A stretch of 64,000 bases of DNA from Macrostomum lignano (Eukaryota). Of this stretch, positions 29,066 through 41,859 are shown in pieces. Below the pieces are notes generated by a model. That model ran no database searches. It was not told the origin of the DNA and saw nothing but the letters and a program-made list of their open reading frames with translations. Within the stretch, counting starts at the first letter, position 1. Each line of letters starts with the position of its first letter. The stretch is taken from NCBI GenBank assembly GCA_002269645.1, contig NIVC01002462.1, positions 1 through 64,000 on the forward strand, written 5' to 3'. The position numbers and the translations under genes were made by a program.

Positions 29066-30770
29066 GCTACCCAGAATCACGTGACCAGGATATCCTATCA
29101 GTTCCCTCGGGGTCGTAAAAACATGACAGGTGCGGCCATAAATCAATCAAAATCGCAGCAAAATGATTATTATGACTTTTCGCGTAGAATTGACAAAAAT
29201 TAATGAAAAAATATACATTAGAAAGCTCTTATTAAATAGAAAGTGAAGATAATGAAGAGAAATCGCTAATCGCTAATCCCAAAGTACTTTTAGGGGTAAA
29301 ACGCATAGCTGTCAAAACTGTCACACGCTTGAGTGAACACGAACAATAGGCCCTGACCTCATAAATCTTGATGGCCTGTCAAAATGATGAGAAAAAAGCT
29401 ATCTTTCGCATCCCCTCAGACCATCTGGCGCCCGTCTCAACACTGAATGAGGCGCAGGTGGCTGTCAGACCAGCTTCGAAAGCGATGATTTATGATCCAA
29501 AAAGCTGCGCCTATGTTATTATGGCTACCATGACCAAACATTATATCCCTTATATCCCTATATAGACCAAACAGTATAGATCCCTATGACAATTCGCAGA
29601 AAAAGGATAAAAATGCCCATTGCCCACTGTTAGTAGGCTAGTTATAAGTTTAGAGCTCATGTGCTAGCGCGGGATTTGGAAAAAAGTGCGTCCTCATCAA
29701 GTTATCTAGTTATCTATCTTTATCTTGGCCACTTTGTATTGCGGCAATAGGGAAGCGCGACAGCTGTTCTTCGTCCCTTGTGTGAAAAAAGCCGACATGG
29801 GTTGCTTAAATTTTGAGTTCAGTAGCTTAGGGACATAGCCGCTATTTTCTGAGAATTGAATAAACTTCTGATGAATTAATTTAAAAGCTACTCAAGTGAA
29901 CTAAGAATGATGAATTCACATGAATTCACTGCAGAGACTACTGACGAAATTGAGTTCAGTAGTTGATTTTCGCGTTGTCGCAAGATGCTAAATTTTTACA
30001 TTAGCTTCTATGGCCATGTAAGCGGTTAATGAGTGGCGCATCTTGTGTATACTGTATATGATCTTTTGGGATTTTACGTACTACGGTAAATGCCAGTGAC
30101 ATCCGGTAATATGGAGACAATACATTTAAAACAAAAATTGCAGATAATTTAAGTATTGTAGTCTTTCTTTTACTTCGATCACGTAGCTTTAATTATTTGA
30201 ATACTTGTATAAAATACATTGTACAAACTAAGAGTTTTAAGCCCGTACTAAGGGTATTAAATATCGAATACGCCGTCATCAGCCGGCTGCTCTTTTCTTC
30301 TTATTCTTAAACAGGTTTGTTTGATTGGTCTGTGAGATTTATTATCTTGCGATTTATTTTACTCATACCGGCGTCAAATGCATGCACACAGTTTTATTTT
30401 CAGCCATATAAACTTATTTAAGTGAAGAGATTTTTTTAACAACACTGAGCTTACCTTGCCTTACTTGTGTGCAATCCACTATACATAGGCTAATAGGCCA
30501 GGCCTATTACTATTTCTAGAATACTAGACCTGAGACTGAGCGATAAGTTTTCAATCCAATCTGAATAATATATTAGGCTGGCTAGTAAAAATAATTGAGC
30601 TAGGCCTGGTGAATCAATTTAAATAAGAAAGATATTCTACAGTTTTTTAGAGTCATAGCTTTCTATTGAAAATATTGACTGATACATACATCTATAGTTT
30701 TTTCTGACCTAAATCAAAAAGTTTTTTTACCCAAAATTTAATTGACTTTGAAAAAAACTTCTTTAAGCAA

Positions 30771-33700
30771 ATGGGCCTCTGCAAGTGCCCCAAAAAGAAG
30801 GTCACCAATTTATTTTGCTTTGAACACCGTGTTAATGTTTGTGAGAATTGCCTAGTAGAAAATCATGGAAAGGTAGGTCTTATTATCAACTAAATGCTTT
30901 GCTTTGAATTTTGCTCTATTTTTTTAATTTATTATTTAGTAGTCCCTAGGCTTTTTATTAGGCAGATTAGGCCAATAAATGTTATAAAAATTGATTTAAT
31001 ATTTGATAACATAAGCTAAATAGCTAGGCCTATCTAGGGTAGGCCTATTAGTATTTCGCGGCTATATCAACAATAATATATAAAAATACCTATAATACAT
31101 GATATCTATAGCTATGGCTAACTTTTTGGTATCTAAATTATAAATTAGAATTAGTCTATCTATTAGATATAAAAAAATTGAATGTAGGCCTTGGCTTAAT
31201 CTAAAAATATTAGCAATGGCATATGCAAGGGGGAAAAGAGATTGGGGAGGGGTAGGTTGCGGATGGTATGCATGTATACCAGAACTTTTCCAGCGTACAA
31301 AACAGCCACTTTAAGTCCTTGGTATACAGAATCGGCATACACAGCCACGCATACTTTTTTGGCATACAAATTTTGGTGAATAAATTCATGTCATGCATGA
31401 AAATTATAATGTAAATTAACATTTTTATGTAAAGTAACGGAAATTTTGTATTGTCAGTGATAAAATTTTTGCTTCTTTGAAATTACCAATAAATAAAATT
31501 AGCATAAATTTTTGCTAAGAGTATCAATATTGCACCTTATTTTTGGAGGTATAATTTAAGTTTGTTTAAATTGAAAATATATATAATACTTCGGGTGTGT
31601 CATAAGTAATGTCACTGTAAGCCTCTGTCTAAAATATGTAGGCACATGGACTTATGGGTAGTGTAGCTGCAAAGTATACTTAGTGAAGCAATAGCAGTGC
31701 ATTTGAGACGTGCATAGGTTGTTTATGGCCCAAGCTATCGCAAGAATATGCCAAGCAGATTTAGCAAGTGCAACGCGATGAAAAATCGTCCATGCAGCGA
31801 ACAAAAATCACCATGAATCTTGACAAGATGCCTGCACCAAGCAGATTTGCAAGGTGTTCAGCAGCCAGGGCTTGAATGACATCCTAAACTGCCTGGTTGC
31901 TGAGGGTGAAAGCTGGCTCCACCTGGATAGCAAGGGCAGCAAGGCAGACAATCGCTGCTAGTTGGGAGCTGGGGACTCCAGGCCGATGGTGACTAGGAAG
32001 TCCATCTCGGACAAGAAGACCATGCTGCTGGTAGCCTTCACGCCAAACAAACAAGTCTCTATCTGCACAACTCCACCGAACACCAAGGTCAATGGTCAGT
32101 ACTTTATTGACTTTTTCCGGCACACTGGGGACCTCTGGTGCACTCTCTGGTCAAATCCATGTCACCTGGATGAGGTTCTGTGGCAGATGGACACCGCACG
32201 GCTGTATACCTGAAGGTTGTTTCAAATTTTCTGCCTGCACGGCAAGCGAATCTGCTCTGACAGTCCCTACAGCCCGGAATTCAACTTTTGCAAGAGATTC
32301 CTGTTCAAATGGCTGAAGGCTGACTTTTCCAAGAAGAGTTTTGCAAACCATGAAGAGGTAAAACAGGCCGCGTTGCACTGGTTATGGCAGTTGGAGGAAA
32401 AACACCTGCAGGCTGAGGTGGACAAGCTGTATGAGCACTGCCAGAAGGTAATTGATATTGGGGGACTCTATGTTGTTGAGTGGTACAGTTTTGTTCATCT
32501 GCGATTGCAAGTTCGTCTGTTTTCACATCAGTGACATTACTTATGACACACCCAAAGTATTTTAAAAACACTTTATACAAAAGCCTTTCTTAGAAAACTC
32601 TACTGGTGAAAACCCTCTTACCTTTTTAGGAATTTTTGGCATACATTTTAGCGCAACGTTTTTTTTTTGTGTACATTGGTATACAAAGTCCTTGACGCCT
32701 GAATTTGGTCTGGCGTACATGGATACATGTTCCACACACTGGGGGAGGGGCATAGCCCTGCTCCCAATTGCTTAGGAGATTAATAAAGGTCTATAGTATA
32801 GCTATAATTTAGAATATTTTGTATATTCCCAATGTATACCCCGCATTCTAGATTGTGTAATCTAAATATACTAAATCTCTAAGGTTTGTATGCTTGCTTG
32901 AATGTCCATAACGCTCTAGTATATACTAAAGATGTTCCAAAAATTCATTTTCTATCAAAATCAAAATTTGCTACTTTTTGAAATTGAAATCAAAATTTTC
33001 TAAAATTGAAATTTAGAAAAACAAGTTTAGTATAACCAACACTTACTCATTTTTTACTTTAGCCTTATCAATAGATTTCTTTATCCTAGATCAAACAAAA
33101 GAGGCAATAGCAAGGTTAAGCAGATATGACTACTTGGTTCTACTACAGGTAAAGCCAATAGAAATTTTGGAATCAAGGGACATAGAAGCAAACAAGTCTA
33201 AGCATTTGTTTTTACTATTGAATAACTAACTTGAAGGTAGAGTTAAAGCCAGAGTACAATTTGGCCATAGTCCAATTAATTGTCACATGCTTTAGTAGTT
33301 AGTTTTTTACTTTCTGCATAAATACTTGAATGGTATATTTTTTTAGAAAGTCAATGGTATTGATATATTGCAAAATGAAACATGTTAGCTGCAATACTTC
33401 TACTTTGAACATCTCCAATTCCCTATTTTCTAATGTATAAAAAGCTAAACATATATACCAGCTATCAATTCTATTAAAAAGATATAAAAACAACTTTGTA
33501 GCACCTAAAAGTAGTTAGATCTACTTTTCACTTTGACAACATTAGAATTTAAAAGGTGACATGTTGACAGACAATGAGTGACAGGCAAAAAATCATAGGT
33601 AACTGATAGAATTAAAAAAAATTAATAGTGGCAGCAAAGAAGCTCTTTCCATTGACTTCTTTCCATGGACAGCATATTTTTTTATTGTTATTTTGCATAT

Positions 33701-36700
33701 ACTCTTCTAGTCCTAAATGTTTCTAAGATCAAAGGGTCATAGCACCAGTGCTGGGCGTTAACTAGTTAATTGTTTAACTAGTTAATTAACTAGTTAAATT
33801 TTTTAAAAAATCGTTAAATTTTCGTTAAATTTTTTATGTATTAACTAGTTAACAAAAATCGTTAATTTTTTTCTGTAAGTTAAAGTTAAATGACAAAAGT
33901 TAACAATTCTGGGAAATAGAGTTCCCCGGGTTCAAAATCCGCGGGTTTCAACAGCTTGTATGCCATTAAAAAGTAAAATTAATACATACATAAAATAACT
34001 TCGCCTTTCTAAGCATTATTTAACGCGTCACAAACTGTTACATGTATATAATTTCAGTTACAAGTTATAATGTATTGAATATTCCGGAAGATTCTGGAAT
34101 CTTCAACTATTATCTATTGATATTCTACCCAAGGACTACTAGAAGTTATCGTTGTACATAGGGATGTCGATTCCCCGGGGAATTTTCTTATCGGGGACCC
34201 GAGTAATTTACTGTCATTCCCCGGGGACCCCGGGGACTCCGGGGAAAAAATAAGTAAAAAACGGCGGATAACTTAGATCTTAAGTCACTAAGTGGCATTT
34301 CTTAAACTTTGATTAAAGCTTTGGATGGACTACATGTTCAAGGCGCAAGGGTAAAAACTTAAGGCAATGTTTGTTTAAAACTGTATTTGACAATATGGCA
34401 TCACCAAATCGTGCGCGCACCTTTATCAGAAAGGGTCCAGACTCCGGAGGCGGAAAATGCATACTCAGCAGCTGCACTCGAGGGAGGATATTTAATGAAT
34501 GAGACTGTTTTTATAATCGGAATTTTAATTTCTTGCAGATACATGTAAATCACAATTTTGTCCTGTCTAATACGGAGTATTTTGTTATTGTATGACACCC
34601 CCTATGCGTCAGTGACTGACGCAGGATACAGCGCTGTGCCTGCGTCAAATGCGTCAAGCCGTCAACGCAGGCCAACACAATAGTCAGTAAGGCTTCTTTT
34701 TCCTGACGGCTTTCTACGCTCGTACGTTCAATTTGCTTGATTGAAAGACTCATAGTGAAAAAAAACATTCAAACGGGTCGCTAATTTCATAAGACCGAAA
34801 TTTCACAACGCCGAAAATTCTGCATGCAATACAATCCTTATTGTAAGGTTTTCCACGATGTGAAATTTCGATCTTATGAAGTTTCGGTCTTGTGAAGTAT
34901 GGTGTTTCGGCGTTGTGAAATTTCGGTCTTATGAACCCCCCCCCCATTCAAACGTGTGTTGTGTTTGAAATAATACATTGAAATAAGCAGTTTTGCGGTA
35001 AAAAAAGCATAGACAGAGTTTCAATCAGCTTTCTGTGAATGATTTTCTTATTTAAATGGCAAAAATTTAGTTAAAAATGCTTTTTTTCTCCCCGGGGTCC
35101 CCAGTCTAATTCCCCGGGGAGTATTCCCCGACAAGCTCCCCGGGGCCCCGGGGAGCCCTCCCGGGGTCAACATCCCTAGTCGTATACATGTAGTTGTAAT
35201 TCTGCCTTCCCTGCTGCGCTGCTCCGCGTCGCGCTGCATAGATATTTCCTTGTCGCGTTGCACCATTCTGCGCCATGTCGCGCCGCCGCGCGACTTCCCG
35301 CGCCGCCGAACGACCTCCTGCGCTGCGTCGCGCCACCGCGGCGCGCCGCGCCGCACCGCGACCTGGCCACAGCCGCGCCGCGCCGACCTGAAATTTAAAA
35401 AACGCGCCGGACGCATGTCCGGGAAAATGTCACTTTTTCCGTTAGAGAATTATTAACTTTAACTTTTAACTTTTCAGAAGTTAAATTTTGGGCAAAAGTT
35501 AAATAATTAACTAGTTACAGTTAATTTTTTTGGAGCAATTAAATTAACTTTTTAACTTTTAACGAGTTAAAAAAATTGATTAACTTGCCCAGCACTGCAT
35601 AGCACCAAATATTTTCATTTATCTTTGAGTCCTTTTCTTATATTCCCTAATTTTCCCATTAATCTATATACTTCTTATTCAATCTATTTTAAAAAAGCAA
35701 AACTTTAACTTGTTCTTTCATATAAGTTCTCTTGTTCTATTGACTATAACATTTCCTATATAGGTAAAACCAAAGGACACTTGTATACCAGAGTTAGAGA
35801 GCATTGGTTGAAAAGGTCAGCTATCTAAGACTACCTGCTCTGTTGCAAGTTGCAATAGCTGTTGCAAAATTGAGCAAATTTAGCAGTTTAAAATTATTGA
35901 TTGGTATAGGAATTACTTTATGCTCAATATATTCTAATCCATATACATTAAAAACCAAAACCCTTATCTAAATATTCAGCTTTCCCATAGTGGTGTGAGC
36001 CATTTGCTCAAGGTATTCTAAGTGAAGGCACAAACCTAATCCAATTTACTCGTAATCTTTGCTCACTACCTCACTTCTTAGAAAATTCTACCCAGATATC
36101 CCCTTGGACTGTACAGTAAACATTTGTTCTCTATTTATCTCTTATAAAAGTTGTTGTGTGAGTAAAAATATATTAGACCCTAAAGATGGCCCTTGTTGGA
36201 CTAAAACATGTCAAATGAATTTAATTTAATCTATATTGATTTTTACATTGATTTAATTTGTTCCAAACTTGATAGGTATTTCTTAGTATAGTTGCATGCT
36301 ATCTAGTGATCCTATATTAATATTTGTGCATCAAGGAAAGACTAGAGTGTTTATTTTGGTGAAAAAATATTTTGTATATATATATGGTTCTATCAACATA
36401 TCTCTAACAAAAATAGTTGATAAATTTGACAAATAAAAATTAATGCTCTAAAATAATTTTATGGTATGATTTCAAGTTTGTCTACATTAATAGATTTTAT
36501 ATTTTATAGTATAAAGCTACTAAAAATAAACATGTATAATTTTGAATTTTTATTCTTTAAATAGTTTGCATCTACAGGCTTAATTACTCAATTTTTTACT
36601 CATGACAACAGAATCATCCATTAGTCTTTCAAATTTTATTCAATATGTAAGTCAGTCCCATTAGAGAAAGACAGTAAAAAGCAAACTTTGATGAATTTAA

Positions 36701-38015
36701 CCTTTGTTGGCTGTATTTAAATTGTTATTTAACATAGCCTATAACCATTAATCAAACAATCCACAGTGCGTTGTCCAGTCTTATCTACAGTGGCTACAGG
36801 ACAGCGACTACAATCCAAATTGTACTTTGTGCAACCACAGCCTGCAAGACGAGGACTGCATTCGCCTAACTTGCTATGGTGGGTGTGTAGAAAATCAACT
36901 TCCCCATAGCCTAGCTGAAGCCATAACCTTAATTTTACGAGCTATGTAACTTTAGCTTAAACCAGGGGGTCTGTAAACTCTGGCACGCAAAGCCTCTATC
37001 CGGCCCTCAGATTCTTTTGAAACTTCACAATAGCAATCCAGTCTGCTAAATGTTTATATCTTACTCGTAGTCTAATCTCAAGATCTCTTCACTCTTCAGC
37101 TCCTTTCTCTTTTCTACTCTTTCGGGAGTTTAGGGAGTGAAATTAAAGGATTGCGAAAATTTGGGGCTGGTGAAAGCACCGCTACAAGAAAAGTCTTCAG
37201 CTCCCCGTGTATGCGTCGAAAATAGTAATCGATTAAAATCAGTCCAGTTTTCTTAAATGGCTCATTTTTCCGGATTTCCAGACATATTTCACTGGCGCTG
37301 CCTTAACCAGAGCATGCAGCGGTTGCCTAGCAACACTGCCCCGGCCGGCTACGAGTGTCCGATCTGCTCCCGTTCGGTCATACCGGCCGACAACGCCGCC
37401 GGTCCGGTAGTGGAAGGCATCCGAGCCAAACTGCGCGGCGCCACCTGGGCCCAGACCGCTCTGGGAGTGGTTTCCATGGCAACCCAACAGCAGCAGCAGG
37501 CGGCTGCTGAATCGCCGCCCGGAGCGGTGTCGCAGCGCCTGCCAACTGATAGCGTAGAGATGACCTCGGAGCGGAGCGCCGTTGTTGGCCACCTCGGCCA
37601 CGGAGTCAGCAAAAAATCTGCCGGTGGCGGCGGCGGCGGCTTTCGAATGGCGCCGCCGCCGTCCACATACGGGCAGCAGCAGCAGCGGCAGCGAGACGTT
37701 GACGAGAACAAATACGCCAGGCGGCCGGCCTTCACCTGGCTGGCTTGGGTGCTGCGCTCCGGCGCCACTGGCGGACCGTCGGCCAGCAGACGGGCGCCGC
37801 TGTCTCCCCGACGTCGCCTACTGCTAGTCGGCTTCTTGGTGTTCTTAGCCTCGTCGACTCTGCTCTATTTGATGTCGACTCTAGGGCGACAGGCGGCCGA
37901 GAGCGACCCGATGCTGCGGCCGGAGCTTAACCCCAACATCCGAGTGCAGCACCACGCCGCAGTGGTTGGCGGCGTCGACGGCGCTCGTGGCGGCTCCGCG
38001 CCAGAGGCTATTTAA
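30771..38015 (+). CDS. ZFPL1: Zinc finger protein-like 1 (cis-Golgi), 3 exons, 315 aa
   Basis: Exons 30771-30872, 36767-36878, 37282-38015, GT-AG and phase-consistent (948 nt). [34 protein letters not shown]|[22 protein letters not shown]...CY|DIFHWRCL...[21 protein letters not shown], and a C-terminal TM helix. Confidence 0.96.
31589..32557 (+). mobile_element. Degenerate Tc1/mariner element in ZFPL1 intron 1
   Basis: 29-bp TIRs (31589-31617 and 32529-32557, 1 mismatch), TA on the right flank. Broken transposase pieces [18 protein letters not shown] (HDNARPH-like), [15 protein letters not shown] (YSPDLAP-like), IDIGGLYV. Confidence 0.88.
34159..35178 (-). mobile_element. Internally deleted hAT element (middle layer) with dimerisation-domain remnant
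   Basis: TIR TAGGGATGT / ACATCCCTA. Degenerate 8-bp TSD GTTGTACA vs GTCGTATA. CCCCGGGG subterminal repeats. Minus-strand remnant [16 protein letters not shown]...LSDK resembles the hATC motif. Confidence 0.8.
34775..34944. mobile_element. MULE-like MITE (170 bp, inner layer)
   Basis: 9-bp TSD CATTCAAAC (34766-34774, 34945-34953). Inverted TTCATAAGACCGAAATTTCACAACGCCGAAA. Same style as the 19421-20000 MITE. Confidence 0.8.
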
Positions 38016-39737
38016 GCATTGAGGTGCAGTGCTTGTTTCTTTGCTTACATTAGCAACAGGCCAAGGACAACTGGTAATAAGACGCGGCTCAAAGCTAGTT
38101 CTCGTCGCTATGAGGCTGACCTACAAATATTAGGTTAGGTAGATTGCAGCACACCATTGCCATTCTTCGTCATATTCAGAGACAGTACTTCTGTTGAAAT
38201 TTATTTCTTGTTGGATGTATTTGTTTTCTTTAATTTTAATGCTGAACTTTTTCTTTATTTGTTTATGGTAAAACTTGACAATGTACTGTACATCATTGGA
38301 ACCCGATAAGGTAGGATTTATTCATTGGTCGCGTAAAAAGGTTATTATTTTTTTTCTATCTTTATTCTATTGTAAAAATGACCGCTAAAAATAAAACGAC
38401 GGTATACACACTCAGTTTCTTGGAATTTTTTTGAAAATAAATTTGCGAGTTACTTACCTGAGCGACGCATACTACTTGATGAATGCTGAATATTCACTTG
38501 GTTAGCTATTCATTACACATTTAAGCACTAAGTTATTTTTGTTTGCATCATTAAAGTTTGTAGAAGAATAAAATCATTACGTTTGTGTTAATTTAATTAT
38601 ATTATAAATACACTTTCTCACTGTGTATTCCGTTTTTGTGTACTTTAAGGTTCCGGATATGCATAAAAGAAAAATCGTGTCATCATGCTTCTTCACCTCG
38701 ACGTGTTCATTCAAAACATTTTAAGTCTATTAAAACAAGTAAGAACAAGTATTGATTTTTTTCGAGCGCAGATAAAAATGTTTTAAATTATGTGCATATA
38801 TTTATCTTACACGGTTATGTCGGCTTTATTTTTAGACTAGAATAAAAGTACACACAAGCCGACTCGAAAAATAACAAATCTAAGCAACAAAACTTGCGCT
38901 TGTTAGGGTAAATCTGTCAGATATGAGCACATATATAAAAGTGTTAACGAATAAGCAGTGCAAAGTTAAAGTAAGACATGATCATCATCAGAATGCCAGG
39001 TTGTGTAAGACCGCCCCATGCCAGGTCAAATAAAAATATTACAAATCTGGGCCAGTTTCCGCGCATCCTGATTGGCTGGCTGGCAAGAAAATTATCAATC
39101 GACTGCTCGGACATTTGCTGCCAAACATCAGAAAGAAACATGTTGCAAATCTGGTTCATGCTGAAATGTAAAAATAAATATAGATTACAGCATTAGTACG
39201 ACTATATTGGATGTATAGTTCAGTAAAACCCATATTAAAAAAATTAAGAATATATATATAATCATGAAAACGAGCTGCTTTCAATTGATTCCACATGGTC
39301 TGTACTCTTTACGAGTGTTTAGCCAAGTGGAGCATAAGGTTAAAAGATAAAGATAACATAGTAAACTATTTTGATAAGTTATTATATAGTCTTCATATTT
39401 TCATCTACCGATGTATATAGATGCATTTAAGAGTGCTCCAAACTTTCAATGCATTGCTACGTATTATCGTGTCTAGCTGGCATCAAATTAATAACCAATT
39501 TAGAGTAGCTCGTATATAACTTAACTTATACAAAAGCTACACTCACGGACATTGAAGAGAATCCACCCTGATCTAGCTCGTAGTGAGCCATTTCTATTTC
39601 TCTCCGATCGCAACTGCAAGTTACGCAACTGGCATCCTGCGCAGGGAACGGTATTATTCAATAGCACACTATAGTGCAATTGGAATTGTGGAATGGATTC
39701 CATAATAATTCCATTGAATATATGAATTCCATTATAG

Positions 39738-41812
39738 CAGGGGCCGGCAAACGTTTTTTTTACCTCAAGGGCCAGATAAAGAATCCATCTCATGGCCGCG
39801 GGCCAGATGAAAATAAAAAGGAGAGAGAATAGATGAGGAATGAGAAAAGATAATGGGGAGGAGAGGTGAGAGATGCGATGAGAGAAAAAACAGATAAGGA
39901 GAGAAGAGGGAAGAGGAGAGGAGAGAAGAGGGCCCCTTTTTGAGCTTTTTCGTGGCTGCTCGAAAGTTTTACGTCGAGTTGACCAGTCGTCTTGTTTCCT
40001 ATTTGCCGCTGCACAACAAACTGCTTCGTGCACTGCAGTTTGTCGATCCTAAGTATTTGCTGTCAGTGTCTGAAGAATTTAACATCGACATAAGCATTTT
40101 GCGCGTTGGTAGGGCCCTCACGACAGTGGTTCCTACTGAACGACTTGACGATCTTCGTTTGGAGGTGGCGAAGCTTCGCGCCTGCTGCCCTGATGTCTTT
40201 AATGTATCTGCAGGCATGACACCCGAAGAATTCTGGGCCACTTTGTCCACCGACGTCTTCCCATATCTGCCCTTGGTCGCGCTGCTTGCTGTATCCCTCG
40301 CGGAAATGCCGACACGCTTCTTACGAAGCAAAGAAAAAAACTGTCTAATTTTACCCTCGACTCGCTTCTGGCCATCAAAGTGTGGCTTAAGGCCAACAGC
40401 TGGCGATCATCAACGGTTGCAATCGGGCCAGCCCTCGTAGCTGACGGCTTCAAAGCAAAAGCGAAGGCCGATGCACGAGCTCGTGCAAAGCAGCAAACAG
40501 TAATGGCACGAATCCAAGAACAGTTCGATTCTATGCAGCGTGGCCAGGCCGAACGTGAAAAAGCTGACGAGGAGCGAGAGCGGCGAAGGAATGCGGAACA
40601 GGTGCAGGCTGAGCAGCACAAAATTGACGAGGCGCGTAAAAAAGCCCGGGAAATCATTCTGGCAGCAGGGAAGGCCCAGGCTCAGCTTCGCAAGCGGATG
40701 AGTTCAAGCAGCAACAGCAAGACCGGCGGCAGTGGCTTAAACGCACCCGCTCCCAAAAAGCGCAAGTAGAAGAATAGAGAATCAATTTACCACTTCCCGT
40801 TCCCATCGTAGTGCCAATTGCAATAATTTTTACCTTATCGCCATGAGTGTTTTACATGTACGTTTTTCTTCGCTTAAGCAGCCTGTCTGCTTCTGTCTTG
40901 TTAAGTCGAAATAGGCCCCTATTTGAACTTCTTAAACTTCAAATAAAATATGAATAACTCAACATCCGAGCCGATGGCAGAAGTGTGCAGCACAGTGATG
41001 ACTATGTGGAGAAGCCTCAGGACAATGTTGATGAACTTTGACTGTTCTTTCCTCAGCTTTCATGTTGCGAGTGTTGAGTTGATTCGTTGAATGTTTCGTT
41101 GTTTCGTGCATCAGGTACAAAGCTTTGGTCTATGACAATTTGTAGAAGTAGCACAGGGGGTGGGGCAGAAAAGTGCTCATACTCAAGAATGCCAGCAGAT
41201 ACAGAAATAACCAGAAAGTCATTTTAACGGGCAGATAACTCTCTTTTCAACTGCAACAGACTTAATATTTCTGATCGGTCAGAAAAGGCTGTAGTGAAGA
41301 AATTGCATCGACTTTTGGGACACCCATCGTACCTAGTTTTACTGTGTTCAAATGATATTAGTTGTTTGATTTTGCCTGCGCTATTTTTTTCGTGCCGCGC
41401 TAATTATTTCTTGTAATTTTTGGTGGTCACACTGAAGAGGGAAGAGAGGAGAGAAAAGAGAAGGGGAGAGAGGAGAGAAGAGGAGAGAGAGAGAGAGAAG
41501 AGATGGGAGAAGAGGTAAGAGAAGAGAGCAGAGAAGAGACACCAACATTGAGAGGTCAGGATTGCTATTTTGAAGTTCAGAGAGGCTTCGCAGGACGCAT
41601 GTGGCCCCCAGGCCCAGTGGCGGATCCAGGATTTTGAAAGTAGGGGGGCGGATTGGCTTAACTTTTTGGGTCAGCCCTAAATAGGCCCAAAATAAGCCTA
41701 AAATTGCAATACTCCCCCCTTACATGCAAGTTCAGCCATGGCAAAAGAAGGGGGGCCGCCCCCCCCCCCCGCCAGATCCGCCACTGCCCGGGCCGGAGTT
41801 CGCCGACCCCTG
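39738..41812 (+). mobile_element. Internally deleted hAT element with transposase C-terminal remnant
   Basis: Termini CAGGGGCCGGCAAAC / GTTCGCCGACCCCTG, 8-bp TSD CATTATAG vs AATTATAG. Remnant ORFs 39940-40440 (EEFWATL...FPYLPLVAL) and 40380-40769 (coiled coil ending PAPKKRK). Confidence 0.82.
41615..41786. mobile_element. hAT-type MITE (172 bp) inserted in the right end of the 39738-41812 element
   Basis: TIR CAGTGGCGGATC / GATCCGCCACTG, 8-bp TSD CCCAGGCC vs CCCGGGCC. Confidence 0.82.
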
Positions 41813-41859
41813 AATTATAGTGTGCGATTCCATTGAAGAATTGCGTTAGCATTCAAACA

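Larger units (their letters stand above)
33746..35597. mobile_element. Non-autonomous hAT element (outer layer of nest)
   Basis: TIR CAGTGCTGGGC / GCCCAGCACTG, perfect 8-bp TSD CATAGCAC (33738-33745, 35598-35605), TTAACTAGTTAA subterminal repeats. Confidence 0.9.

Noticed and set aside
31215-32780. Older MITE surrounding the mariner element
   Set aside because: Inverted GGCATACA-type motifs suggest one, but the termini and TSD are too decayed to define.
35048-35456. Arg/Ala-rich ORFs
   Set aside because: They come from CGCGCCG subterminal repeats of the hAT elements.
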